Assembly: GCA_036012755.1 (NCBI GenBank) | Contig: DASCPX010000129.1 | Location: 1 to 64,000 of the forward strand | Direction of reading: 5' to 3' | DNA from: Myxococcota bacterium | GTDB lineage: Bacteria; Myxococcota_A; UBA796; CAJQPC01 | Length of the DNA stretch: 64,000 bases | Notes under the pieces: model-generated | The model's database searches: none | The model's input: the letters and a program-made list of their open reading frames with translations, nothing else | What the model was told of the DNA's origin: nothing | In this document: one piece after another, positions 37,119-47,409 of the stretch | Numbering within the stretch: position 1 is the stretch's first letter | Layout: the number at the start of each line of letters is the position of its first letter | Program-made: the position numbers and the translations under genes

Positions 37119-38789
37119 ATGCTCGCGGTGCTGTTGTGGATTGGGGTCGCCGAGGCCCAGGACGCCGACACCTTCGCGTTCTCCGGCTCGGCCTGGGACG
37201 ACCAGGGCACCCTCGAGCTCAGCCACCCCTCCCTGGGCGCGGCCAACAGCTGGTACGCCGGTGTGGGCCTCGTCTACGCCGACGACCCGCTGGTCATCCA
37301 GTACGAGGACGGGCGCGAGGAGTCCGTCGTCTCCCGCCAGTTCTCGACGCGGCTCCAAGGCGGCTACGACATCAACGAGGCCGTCCGCCTGGACCTCGAG
37401 GTGCCGCTCTACCCCTTCATCGTCGTGCAGGACCAGCAGGCCTTCGCGATGGGAGACATCCAGCTCGCCGCGATGATCCCGATCGCCGAGTTCGGCGACA
37501 CCAACGACGGCATCGGCTTCGGCCTGCGCCCTGTCATCGTCGTCCCCTCCGGCCGAAACAGCGGCACCTTCACCTCTCGCGAGAGCATCGGCGGCAGCCT
37601 CGCGGGCGCCGTGGGCGGCTACATCTCCCAGATCGGGTGGCGGGTCAACCTCGGCATGGACTTCGGGCCGAAGAGCTCGCTGGAGGAGCTGGACTTCGGC
37701 ACCTCCTTGGACGCCGGGGGTGGCTTCTCCTACCGGCCCATCGAAGAGGTCGTCACCGGAGCCGAGCTGCAGTCGAAGGTCACCCTGTCCGGCGGCACCG
37801 CCTGGAACAAGAACCCGATGGAGGCCCACGTCTACGGCGGCTACCTCCACGACAGCGGCTTCCACGCCATGCTCGGGCTGGGCACCGGGCTCATCGCGGG
37901 CATCGGCGCTCCGGACTACCGGGTCGCCCTGGCCCTGGGCTACCGCGACGACGGGGACCCCCCGGACCTGGACCACGACGGCGTCCTCGACGACGTCGAC
38001 CGCTGCATCGAGGACCCAGAGGACCTCGACTCGTTCCAGGACCTCGACGGCTGCCCGGACCCCGACAACGACGCGGACAAGATCCTCGACGAGGCCGACA
38101 GCTGCCCGGACGATCCCGAAGACTGGGACGGTTGGGAGGACACCGACGGCTGTCCCGACAACGACAACGACGGTGACGGCATCCCCGACGGCGGCGACGA
38201 CTGCCCCGATCTTCCAGGAACCGCCTCGGTCAACGGCTGCCCCGACAGTGACGGCGACGGCCTCGCGGACGACATGGATCGCTGCCCGGAGGTGCCCGGA
38301 CCGCTGGCGACCGAGGGCTGCCCCGACCGGGACCGAGACCGCGTCCCCGACTTCCGCGACGAGTGCCCGGACGAGCCGATCTCGCCCAAGGCCGATCCGC
38401 GCCGCAGCAACGGCTGCCCGACCAGGGTCATCGTGACGCACAAGGCCATCGTCATCGTCGACCGGGTCTACTTCCGGACCGACAAGTCCACCATCAAGTC
38501 GGTGAGCTACGACATCCTCGACGAGGTCGCCGCCGTGCTCGTCGCGAACCCGGACATCGAGCTCGTCGAGATCGCCGGTCACACCGACAGCGACGGCCCG
38601 CAGTCCACCAACCTGGAGCTGTCCCAGCGCCGCGCCGAGGCGGTGGTCGCCTACCTGGTGAAGGAGGGGGTCTCTGCGGACCGCCTCGTCGCCAAGGGCT
38701 ACGGCGAGAGCACGCCGATCGACTCCAACAGCTCGTCCGAGGGCAAGGCCAACAACCGGCGGGTGGAGTTCGTCATCCTGAAACAGTGA
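37119..38789 (+). CDS. OmpA-family protein with beta-barrel and thrombospondin type 3 repeats
   Basis: D.D.DG..D..D.CP repeats; GHTD, NLELSQRRA, NRRVEF. Confidence 0.9.
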   Translation: MLAVLLWIGVAEAQDADTFAFSGSAWDDQGTLELSHPSLGAANSWYAGVGLVYADDPLVIQYEDGREESVVSRQFSTRLQGGYDINEAVRLDLEVPLYPFIVVQDQQAFAMGDIQLAAMIPIAEFGDTNDGIGFGLRPVIVVPSGRNSGTFTSRESIGGSLAGAVGGYISQIGWRVNLGMDFGPKSSLEELDFGTSLDAGGGFSYRPIEEVVTGAELQSKVTLSGGTAWNKNPMEAHVYGGYLHDSGFHAMLGLGTGLIAGIGAPDYRVALALGYRDDGDPPDLDHDGVLDDVDRCIEDPEDLDSFQDLDGCPDPDNDADKILDEADSCPDDPEDWDGWEDTDGCPDNDNDGDGIPDGGDDCPDLPGTASVNGCPDSDGDGLADDMDRCPEVPGPLATEGCPDRDRDRVPDFRDECPDEPISPKADPRRSNGCPTRVIVTHKAIVIVDRVYFRTDKSTIKSVSYDILDEVAAVLVANPDIELVEIAGHTDSDGPQSTNLELSQRRAEAVVAYLVKEGVSADRLVAKGYGESTPIDSNSSSEGKANNRRVEFVILKQ

Positions 38790-38818
38790 GCGCGATACTC
38801 GCTGGGACGGAGGTCCGG

Positions 38819-39658
38819 ATGAAGACGATCGCCATCCTCGGTGCCGGCACGATGGGCCATGGCATCGCTCACGTCTCGGCGCTGGCCGGGTACGAGGTCG
38901 GGCTCTTCGACATCTCGGGCGAGGCCATCGACTCGGGGCTGGCCAGGATCAAGGCGAACATGGAGGGGGGCCTCGCCCGCGGAAAGCTGGGCGAGGGAGA
39001 CATGAACGCGGCGCTCGCGCGCATCAGCGGTGGGACCGATCTGGCCGCGATCTGCGAGGACGTCGACCTCGTCATCGAGGCCGTCCCTGAGCGCATCGAG
39101 CTCAAGCAGGAGCTCCTCTCGGAGGTCCAGCACATGACCTCTGGCATCCTGGCGACGAACACCTCGAGCCTGTCGATCGCCAAGATCGCCGAGGCAGTGG
39201 ACGACCCCTCGCGGGTGCTGGGGCTGCACTTCTTCAACCCCGTCCACATCATGAAGCTCCTCGAGATCGTCGTGCAGCCGCGCACCTCGGCCGAGGTCCT
39301 CGCCAGCTGCAAGAGCTACGGCGAGAGCATCGGGAAGCAGTGCATCACCGTGCGTGACGTCCCGGGCTTCGCGACCTCTCGGCTCGGGGTCTGCCTCGGC
39401 ATGGAGGCCATCCGCATGGTCGAGCAGGGTGTGGCCTCGGCAGCGGACATCGACGCCGCCATGGTGCTCGGCTACCGCCACCCGCTGGGGCCCCTGAAGC
39501 TCGGGGACCTCATCGGGCTCGATGTGCGCATGCAGGTCGGCGAGTACCTGGCCAAAGAGCTCGACAACCCGGCCTTCGAGCCCCCGGAGCTCCTGCGGCG
39601 GATGGTCGCGGAGGGTCGGCTGGGCCAGAAGACCGGCCGCGGCTTCTACGACTGGTAG
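38819..39658 (+). CDS. 3-hydroxyacyl(butyryl)-CoA dehydrogenase
   Basis: GAGTMG, IEAVPE, ATNTSSL, HFFNP, GPL.L.D.IGLD, GQKTGRGFY. Confidence 0.93.
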   Translation: MKTIAILGAGTMGHGIAHVSALAGYEVGLFDISGEAIDSGLARIKANMEGGLARGKLGEGDMNAALARISGGTDLAAICEDVDLVIEAVPERIELKQELLSEVQHMTSGILATNTSSLSIAKIAEAVDDPSRVLGLHFFNPVHIMKLLEIVVQPRTSAEVLASCKSYGESIGKQCITVRDVPGFATSRLGVCLGMEAIRMVEQGVASAADIDAAMVLGYRHPLGPLKLGDLIGLDVRMQVGEYLAKELDNPAFEPPELLRRMVAEGRLGQKTGRGFYDW

Positions 39659-39659
39659 C

Positions 39660-40859
39660 TCAGCAGCGCTCGATGAGCGTGGAGACTCCCTGGCCGACCC
39701 CGACGCAGAGGGTCGCCAGGCCCCGGTCGCCGCCGGTGCGGTCCAGCGCGCCCATGAGCGTGGTCAGGATTCGGGCTCCAGAGCAGCCCAGGGGGTGGCC
39801 CAGGGCGATGGCGCCGCCGTGGAGGTTCACCCGGGCCGGGTCCAGCTCCAGCTCCCTGATCACGGCGATCGACTGGGAGGCGAAGGCCTCGTTCAGCTCG
39901 ATGACGTCGAGGTCTCCGGTGGTCCAGCCTGCCAGCGACAGCGCCTTCTTCGTAGCCGGGACCGGGCCGATGCCCATCACGGTCGGATCGACGCCGGCGG
40001 CGGCCTTGGCCACGACGCGGAAGCGGGGCCGCAGGCCGAGCTCCCGGGCTCTGGCCGCGGTGGTCACCAACAGGGCAGCGGAGCCGTCGTTCAAGGTCGA
40101 GGAGTTGGCCGCCGTCACGCTGCCGCCCTTGCGGAAGGCCGGCCGCAGCCGGGCGAGCTTCTCCATCGTCGAGCCCCGGCGAGGCCCCTCGTCCTGGCTC
40201 ACGACGACTGGGTCACGCTTGCGCTGGGGCACGCTCACCGGCGCGATCTCCGGGGCCATCCAGCCTTCGTCGGTGGCGCGTATCGCTTTTTCGTGAGAGG
40301 CCAGCGCGTAGAGATCCTGCTCCTCGCGAGAAAGCCCGTAGCGATCGACGAGGTTCTCTGCCGTGCAGCCCATCGCCTCCAGCGGGAACATCGCCTCCAT
40401 CTTGGGGTTCGGGAAGCGCCAGCCGAGGCAGGTGTCGTAGCCGGTGATGTTGCCGGCCTTCGGCGCCACCGACCCCCGGGGGAAGACATAGGGCGCCCGG
40501 CTCATGCTCTCCACGCCGCCGGCGATGTAGACGCTCCCGTCGCCACACTCGGCCGCCCGGGCTGCCTGGTTGACCGCCTCGAGTCCCGACGCGCAGAGTC
40601 GGTTGAGCGTGACCCCGGGAACGGTTTGGGGCATCCCCGCCAACAGCAGGGCCATGCGCGCGACGTTCCGGGTGTCCTCGCCGGCCTGGTTGGTGCAGCC
40701 CATGAAGACGTCGTCCACCAGGGCCGGGTCGAGGCCCGTCCGCGACAAGAGCGCGGCGATCGAGTGGGCGGCGAGGTCGTCGGTCCGCACCTTCGACAGG
40801 CCCCCCAGGAAGGACCCGATCGGGCTGCGGACGGCATCGACGATGACGGCTTCGGACAT
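39660..40859 (-). CDS. Acetyl-CoA C-acyltransferase (thiolase, PaaJ/PcaF-like)
   Basis: [37 protein letters not shown]. Confidence 0.93.
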   Translation of the reverse strand: MSEAVIVDAVRSPIGSFLGGLSKVRTDDLAAHSIAALLSRTGLDPALVDDVFMGCTNQAGEDTRNVARMALLLAGMPQTVPGVTLNRLCASGLEAVNQAARAAECGDGSVYIAGGVESMSRAPYVFPRGSVAPKAGNITGYDTCLGWRFPNPKMEAMFPLEAMGCTAENLVDRYGLSREEQDLYALASHEKAIRATDEGWMAPEIAPVSVPQRKRDPVVVSQDEGPRRGSTMEKLARLRPAFRKGGSVTAANSSTLNDGSAALLVTTAARARELGLRPRFRVVAKAAAGVDPTVMGIGPVPATKKALSLAGWTTGDLDVIELNEAFASQSIAVIRELELDPARVNLHGGAIALGHPLGCSGARILTTLMGALDRTGGDRGLATLCVGVGQGVSTLIERC

Positions 40860-40933
40860 GCGACCTCCTCGAGCTTCCCTAACGCAGCAGACCCGTGGGA
40901 TGTGGGCGTAGACTCCGGCCGTCCGAGGATCCC

Positions 40934-41425
<492 letters not shown>

Positions 41426-41536
41426 GGCGGACAAGCTCCGCCCCTTGACGAAAGCGGCAGGATATTGGGACCGTCCTCCCGTCCGGGCACAACGAGTGTC
41501 CGCATCTCTCCACTTGCAAGACCGGCGAGGCACCCT

Positions 41537-43327
41537 TTGAGCACGGCCGTCAGCACCCCGGACGTCGATCTTCTCCGTCCGTATGTCGCGGAGTACTTCA
41601 CGAACCCGAGCCAGGACCTGCTCCGTCGGCTGAGCTTGGAGCACACCCCCGCGGTGTCGACCACCGCTTCGGGCAACCTGGTGAAGGTCGCGCGCAACAA
41701 GGCCCGCCAGGCGAAGCGGACCTTCATCATCGGCCAGCCCCGCGACGCCGCGCGCTACAGCCACCCGGTGATCCCGACCCGGGACGCAGATGCGCTCATC
41801 GATGCCCAGCGCGCCTACATAGAGGACAAGGGTCAGCTCATCGAGGTGCAGGGCTGGGTAGGTGTCGGCCCGCGAGCGGTCGCCGTGCAGTGGCTCTACA
41901 CCACAGCCGGCGCCAACATCGCCGGCATGCAGTCGATCCTGGCCTTCCCGCGGGCCGAGGTCGAGGGCGAAGAGGCCGCCGCAGATCCGGACGGCTTCGA
42001 CCCGACCTTCCGCATCGTCTACACCCCGGACTTCCGTCCAGAGGGTGTCGACGGCGCCCAGATCATCCTCGTCGACCTCTCGATCTACACGACCTTCATC
42101 ATGGGCCCGGACTACTTCGGCGAGTCCAAGAAGGCCGCGCTGCGCATGTTGAACCACAAGGTCTACCGCGAGGGCGGTCTGACGCTCCATGCGGGCGCCA
42201 AGGCCGTCGCGGTGGGCGGTCGTCGGGTCTCGATGACCATCATGGGGCTCTCCGGCACGGGCAAGACCACGACCACCTTCTCCAAGCAGGGCGAGGTCAC
42301 GCAGCCGATCCAGGACGACATGGTCAGCCTCTGGCCGGGTGGCGAGATCTCCGTGACAGAGAACGGCTGCTTCGCCAAGACCTTCGGGCTGACGGAACAG
42401 AGCGAGCCGGTCATCTACAGGGGCACGGTCAGCCCAGAGGCCTGGCTCGAGAACGTCTACACCGACTCCGACGGCTGCTTCGACTTCTTCAAGGGCGTCC
42501 TCTCCGCTGCGGAGGTGGCCCGCCTCCGGGACGTGCTCGTCGCCACCGGCGCGGACCCCGAGAGGGTCTCGGCCTACGCCTCGGGCGCGGTGAGCTTCGA
42601 GCAGATCAGCGACGACGGCATCCCTCCTGACGGCTGGGACTTCGTGAAGTGGACCGAAAACGGCAGGAGCATCATCCCGATGAGCTCCGTCGAGGACGCC
42701 GCGGACCTCCACGACATCGACACCGTCGAGTACATGGGCATCCTCAACCGGGACGAGGGCGCCGACGCCTGCACGCCCGGCATCGTGAAGTTCGACGATC
42801 CCAGGCAGGCCGCGGGCTTCTTCATGCTCGGCGAGACCACCAAGACCTCGGCCGCCGGCAAGGAGCGAGGCAAGACCCGCAGCCCCTTCACCCAGCCCTT
42901 CTTCCCCCTCGCGCACGGCCTCCAGGCTCGCAGGTTCTCAGAGCTCGCCGCCACCATGGATGGAGTCGGTCTGTGGATGATGAACACCGGCTACGTCGCT
43001 GGCGACGCGCGGAGCGTTGGACTCGGCGAGGGCTTCAAGGTCAAGATCCGCCACTCCTCCGCGATGCTGGAGGCGCTCCTCACCGGCAGCGTCGTATGGA
43101 AGAAGGACCCGGACTTCGGCTACCTCGTCGTCGACACCGAGCACCCGGACAACGGGCCGCTGCTCGAGAAGGTCCCGGCGGCCATCCTCGAACCTCACCG
43201 TCATTACCAGGCCACGGGCCGAATGGACGTCTATCGGGCCTGGGTCTCGACGATGAAGGACAAGCGCGCCGAGTTCCTGCGCGGCTACGAGGTCGACGAG
43301 GCCATCATCCGGGCCACCTGCGGCTGA
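41537..43327 (+). CDS. pckA: Phosphoenolpyruvate carboxykinase (ATP), divergent
   Basis: YFGESKK, LHAG, GLSGTGKTT, QDD, ENGCFAKT, ENV, TENGR, NTG; start codon uncertain (TTG after GAGG). Confidence 0.85.
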   Translation: MSTAVSTPDVDLLRPYVAEYFTNPSQDLLRRLSLEHTPAVSTTASGNLVKVARNKARQAKRTFIIGQPRDAARYSHPVIPTRDADALIDAQRAYIEDKGQLIEVQGWVGVGPRAVAVQWLYTTAGANIAGMQSILAFPRAEVEGEEAAADPDGFDPTFRIVYTPDFRPEGVDGAQIILVDLSIYTTFIMGPDYFGESKKAALRMLNHKVYREGGLTLHAGAKAVAVGGRRVSMTIMGLSGTGKTTTTFSKQGEVTQPIQDDMVSLWPGGEISVTENGCFAKTFGLTEQSEPVIYRGTVSPEAWLENVYTDSDGCFDFFKGVLSAAEVARLRDVLVATGADPERVSAYASGAVSFEQISDDGIPPDGWDFVKWTENGRSIIPMSSVEDAADLHDIDTVEYMGILNRDEGADACTPGIVKFDDPRQAAGFFMLGETTKTSAAGKERGKTRSPFTQPFFPLAHGLQARRFSELAATMDGVGLWMMNTGYVAGDARSVGLGEGFKVKIRHSSAMLEALLTGSVVWKKDPDFGYLVVDTEHPDNGPLLEKVPAAILEPHRHYQATGRMDVYRAWVSTMKDKRAEFLRGYEVDEAIIRATCG

Positions 43328-43331
43328 GCGC

Positions 43332-44762
43332 CTATTCGCCACCACCCGAGTAGATGTAGACGGCACCTGGCCCCTTGTCGTTGGTCGAGGTGTCGAACTC
43401 GAAGGCCGGGGAGCCGATGGCGATGTCGAGCACGCCGTCACCGGTGAGGTCGTCGCCGCCATGCACGGTCCAGCCAAAGAGGCTGCCGGGGTGCTCGCAG
43501 CCGTCGGTTTCGCAGGAGGAGAAGGGCTCGACCTCACCCTGGAGGATCCCGAAGGCGTCATCTTCGAGGACGTAGGAGCCGGATACGGGGCCGAAGACCA
43601 GGTAGACGGTTCCCGGACCGGGATCCTCGACGAAGGGCTCGTTCAGCCCGAAGACGAGGTCGACGCTGCCGTCCTCGTCGAGGTCCCCGGCAAAGTCGGC
43701 CGCGATCCGTCTGCTGTCTGGGTTCGCGGACTCGAAGGTCGCCCCCTCGGACGGAGCCGATGATCAGGTCCGTGATTCCGTCTCCGGTGATTTCCGCGAA
43801 CGACGTTGCTGAACCGGCAGCACCGCCTCTGGGCCCTTCCAGAAGGGCGTCGGTAGAGTCCGCGCTGTGCCAGCCATCGACGGGCCCGTTGTATACGGCG
43901 ACCGTCCCTCCAAGTTGGGTTCCAGCGTAGAAGGGCTCCCCGATGATCAGATCTGGAACGCCATCTCCTGAGATGTCACCGGACGCGAACGACATCAGGT
44001 ACCGCTCTGTCGCTTGCATGTTGAAGGACGCCCCGGCCGTGCTCGTGTCGCTACCTCCAGAAAACGGACCATGGAGGAGCTTGACCTCCGTCCCGCTGCT
44101 CTCGCTCCACAACACGAGGTCGGAGAAGCCGTCCTGGTCGAAGTCCGTGCCGCCGTGCATGAAGTACCTGGCGTCGGAGCCGCAGCAGGCGATGGATGTG
44201 TCCTCGCCGAGATCACGGCCGCCGGCTCGCCTGAGACGACACCGCCGAAGTACTGGCAGTCCGTGTCGATCTCTTCGTCGCAGTCGTTGTCGATCCCGTC
44301 GTCGCAGTCGTCGGGGTATGGCGAGCCGTCACCGTCGAGGTCTAGCAGGTCCTCTCCATCACAGTCCTGGTCGATGCCGTCGTAGGGCAACTCCTCCGCC
44401 CCCGGGTACACGGTCTCCTCTGTGTCGTCGCAGTCGGTGTCGTCCGCGACGTGGTCGTCGGGGGCGAAGCACGCCTCCGTGGGATCCCCTGCCCCGAAGC
44501 CGTCTCCATCAGCGTCGGCATACCAGTCTGTGGCGTCCGCGGTCTCTTCATCGACCTCTCCGTCGCAGTCGTCGTCCTTGCCGTTGCACGACTCCTCGGC
44601 GTCGGGGTGGATGGTGGCGTCGGAGTCGTCACAGTCTCCGGAGACCCCGACGTGGCCTGCCGGGGCCTCGCAGGACAGCGCGGCCTCGTCGCAGTCCTCT
44701 CCGGAGCGCCACCCGTCACCATCGCCGTCCACGGTGCGGCATGCCAGCCAGAGCAGGATCAT
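43332..44762 (-). pseudogene. MopE-repeat plus FG-GAP (integrin-alpha-like) lipoprotein with two frameshifts
   Basis: MILLWLAC; DCDD repeats; FG-GAP motifs (GD..GDG..DLIIG) split over three reading-frame segments with breaks near 44210 and 43750. Confidence 0.75.
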
Positions 44763-45090
44763 TCGCCGTCCCGCTCGAACCGGAAGGTCCTCGGCCCGTC
44801 CTCGACGAGCAGTTCGTGGTCTTCCATGTGGAGGAGGTAGCGCCGGTCACCGGCTTCGACGGACAGGGAGTCGCAGTCCGGCGTCATCGGCGTGAGTATG
44901 GCCGGCTCCGCGTGGCGCCGCGTTCAGGTCGGTATCCAAATCCGACCTCGCTCACGGCCAGCGATGCCTCGAACTCCGGCGGGGGTAGCTCCTTGCCCTT
45001 GTGGCTGGCGCCGGTCTGGCGCCAGGAGCCATGAGACCAGGCGCAGGGGTCGGTGCCGCAGGCCAGCAGGAGGAGTGCTGCGGCGGTCAT
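44759..45090 (-). pseudogene. Small lipoprotein, frameshifted near 44915
   Basis: MTAAALLLLAC; second frame ...TPDCDSLSVEAGDRRY...DGE* ends in an ATGA overlap with 44762. Confidence 0.55.
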
Positions 45091-45565
45091 CGGGCGTCGA
45101 AGGTGTCGGTGTGGACGCAGGGGCTCGGCAGCGAGCCGCACATGGTCGCGGTGGCGTCCGAGTCCGCCGGGCTCGTCCACTCGGTGTCGATCGACCTCTC
45201 GATGTACGGGTACGGGAAGTCGATGAAGGAGAGACCCTGGTAGACCGCGGGGCTGTCGAAGGTCGCGCCTTCGCAGTTGACGAACGTGACCGTCGGGGTC
45301 ACCTCGAGCCCGGCCAGGTCGCTCGTCCTCGCAGCCCATGAGGAACGTCCCGGTCGAGAGCAGGGAGGCGACCGACTCGGACGGCGAGCCGGATGCTGCG
45401 TCGGGCACGTAGAGGTGCCAGTTCGAGTCGACAACGAGGCCGCCGCTTTGGCAGTCACCCGGCTCGTGCTGGCGCGGGATCCTCGGCGTCTCCTGAGCGC
45501 GCGCAACCCCGCAAGATCGATGCCACGATCGAGATCGCCAGCAACCTACCAATTCGGCCCCACAT
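45087..45565 (-). pseudogene. Lipoprotein with two frameshifts (near 45465 and 45321)
   Basis: RBS GGAGG and MWGRIGRLLAISIVASILRGC; continues EPGDCQSGG...CEDE, then DLAGLEV...DAR* with ATGA overlap. Confidence 0.55.
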
Positions 45566-45693
45566 GGTGCCCTCCCAAGAGTGTGTCCAACCCGACGGTC
45601 GCTCTGGGGGAGGCGAGGATCAAGAGGAATCGACTGGCGATCCGCCTCCGGGGTGTGGGCCGCCACCCAGCTTCAGCGCATCCTGCGGCTGAT

Positions 45694-47358
45694 TCAGTCC
45701 GGCATGCCGACGACCGTGCGCACGCCGTCGCGGGCCACCCAGACCTTCTGGTTCGCGTCGACGTCAGCGTGACGCGTCACGGTGCCGTCCGGCCAGATGA
45801 CGTCGAGGCGATCGACGGTCTCGTGTTCACCCAGGCCGAAGTGGGCCTCGTTGGGCCCGCCGTACCCCAGCGAGGTCCCCCCGGCGACGATCCAGCGGAT
45901 CTGTGACTCGCCGTCGACCACCACGCGGACCTTCGCGCCGATGGCGTGGGTGTTGGGCGCCGGGTGGGCGAGGCGGACCCTCAGCCAGTTGTCTGTCCCG
46001 CAGCGGGAGAGGTGGAGCGTCGCTGGCTCGTAGGCCATGCGCTTGACGATGTCCAGGTAGCCGTCATCGTTCAGGTCGACGGGCGCGAAGCCCCGCCCGG
46101 CCCCGAGCTGGTCCGAGAAAGCCCAGTCGTCGGCGACGAGCTCGAAGACGCCGTCGTCGTTCTGCAGCCAGAGCCCGTCCGGCTGCTCTTCGGGGTTCTC
46201 GGGGTGCTCCCGTCGCGCTCCCCGGATGGACTCGCCGAACATGACGACGAGGTCGAGGTCCGTGTCGTTGTCCAGGTCCACCAACTCGGCGCCCCAGGCG
46301 ACGATGCGGTCGTCCTCCTTCGGCAGGGTCAGGCCGCGGACCGCGGTCGTGTCGTACCAGGACATCGGCCCCGCCGACTCGAGGAGCCACAGGCGTCCCC
46401 AGTCGGTGACGAGCATGTCGATGTACTCGTCCCCGTTGAGATCCCCGATGCCAAGGCCCATCCCGTCCATGTCCAGGAAGGCGGAGGATTCGCCGCTGAT
46501 GTCCTCGAAGAGCAGCTCCCCGTCCTCGATGCGGTTCTCGAGCAGGCGGTTGCCGTACATGATGTGGCCGAAGGCGTTCACCGAGTAGAGATCGGGGTCG
46601 AGGTCCGCGTCGAGGTCCAGCCAGGCCGTGAGGAAGGTGTAGCTGACGCTGGCCTCGCGGGACAGGATGTCCTCGCGCAGCTCGAAGCTGCCGTCGCCGA
46701 GGTTCTCGTAGACCTGGTTCGGAGGCCCGTCGTCGGGAGGATCGTAGAACTCCTCGTCGGCGGTGGAGGTCTCGTTCGACACGACGAGGTCCAGGTCTCC
46801 GTCGAGGTCCATGTCGCCCCACGCGCTGCCCTTCGAAGCGTAGACCAGCTCTTCGAACACGCTGGTCCTCGTGGCATCGGTGAACCAGCCCCCGTCGTTG
46901 CGGTACAGACGGTTCTTCAAGCCCACCGCCTGCGCAAAGACGTCTATGTCCCCGTCACCGTCGTAGTCCGCGGCGCTCCCTCCCCACAGGTTGTGTTCGT
47001 TGCGATCCGGCAGGATCTCGTCACTCAGATCGCTCATCGACCCGTCGTCCTTGAGCCTGAAGACCCACGAGGCCGACTTGTTCGTGAGGAAGATCTCGTA
47101 GCGCCCGTCCCCGGTGATGTCCGCGACGACGAGGCCCGGAGAGTCGCGCCGTTCTCCGCTGTCGTAGGGCTGGTCGTTCCACGTGTCGCCAAGGTCTGGA
47201 GCGTAGAGCGGCCCCTCGGTCTCGCGCAGGGAGGGGTCTTCGCAGGTGATCTGTTCCCCGAGGATCAGGTCCCCGTCCACGAGGATCTCGCCAGCGTTGT
47301 CACCGGCCTCCGCGCCGGGTCTCGGCGTCGGTCCGCTGCAGGCCAGGAGCCAGATCAC
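45694..47358 (-). CDS. CRTAC1/ASPIC-UnbV family FG-GAP lipoprotein
   Basis: IWLLAC; AD.DGDGD.D repeats; NWLRVRL...NT.AIGAKV.V...HFGLG...V.WPDG. Confidence 0.88.
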   Translation of the reverse strand: MIWLLACSGPTPRPGAEAGDNAGEILVDGDLILGEQITCEDPSLRETEGPLYAPDLGDTWNDQPYDSGERRDSPGLVVADITGDGRYEIFLTNKSASWVFRLKDDGSMSDLSDEILPDRNEHNLWGGSAADYDGDGDIDVFAQAVGLKNRLYRNDGGWFTDATRTSVFEELVYASKGSAWGDMDLDGDLDLVVSNETSTADEEFYDPPDDGPPNQVYENLGDGSFELREDILSREASVSYTFLTAWLDLDADLDPDLYSVNAFGHIMYGNRLLENRIEDGELLFEDISGESSAFLDMDGMGLGIGDLNGDEYIDMLVTDWGRLWLLESAGPMSWYDTTAVRGLTLPKEDDRIVAWGAELVDLDNDTDLDLVVMFGESIRGARREHPENPEEQPDGLWLQNDDGVFELVADDWAFSDQLGAGRGFAPVDLNDDGYLDIVKRMAYEPATLHLSRCGTDNWLRVRLAHPAPNTHAIGAKVRVVVDGESQIRWIVAGGTSLGYGGPNEAHFGLGEHETVDRLDVIWPDGTVTRHADVDANQKVWVARDGVRTVVGMPD

Positions 47359-47409
47359 CCGAGCTCGATGAAGGGAGAGGACATGCACCGAGTGTAGTCT
47401 CCCGCCCTG

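Noticed and set aside
37119..38789. TraAB outer-membrane-exchange locus
   Set aside because: The architecture is TraB-like, but the upstream gene is an S10 peptidase rather than TraA, and this architecture is common.
41443..41536. Riboswitch in the pckA leader
   Set aside because: Only short hairpins; no family signature I can recognise.
43332..45565. Programmed frameshifting or DGR-type diversification
   Set aside because: No slippery heptamers, no template/variable repeat pair and no reverse transcriptase seen.
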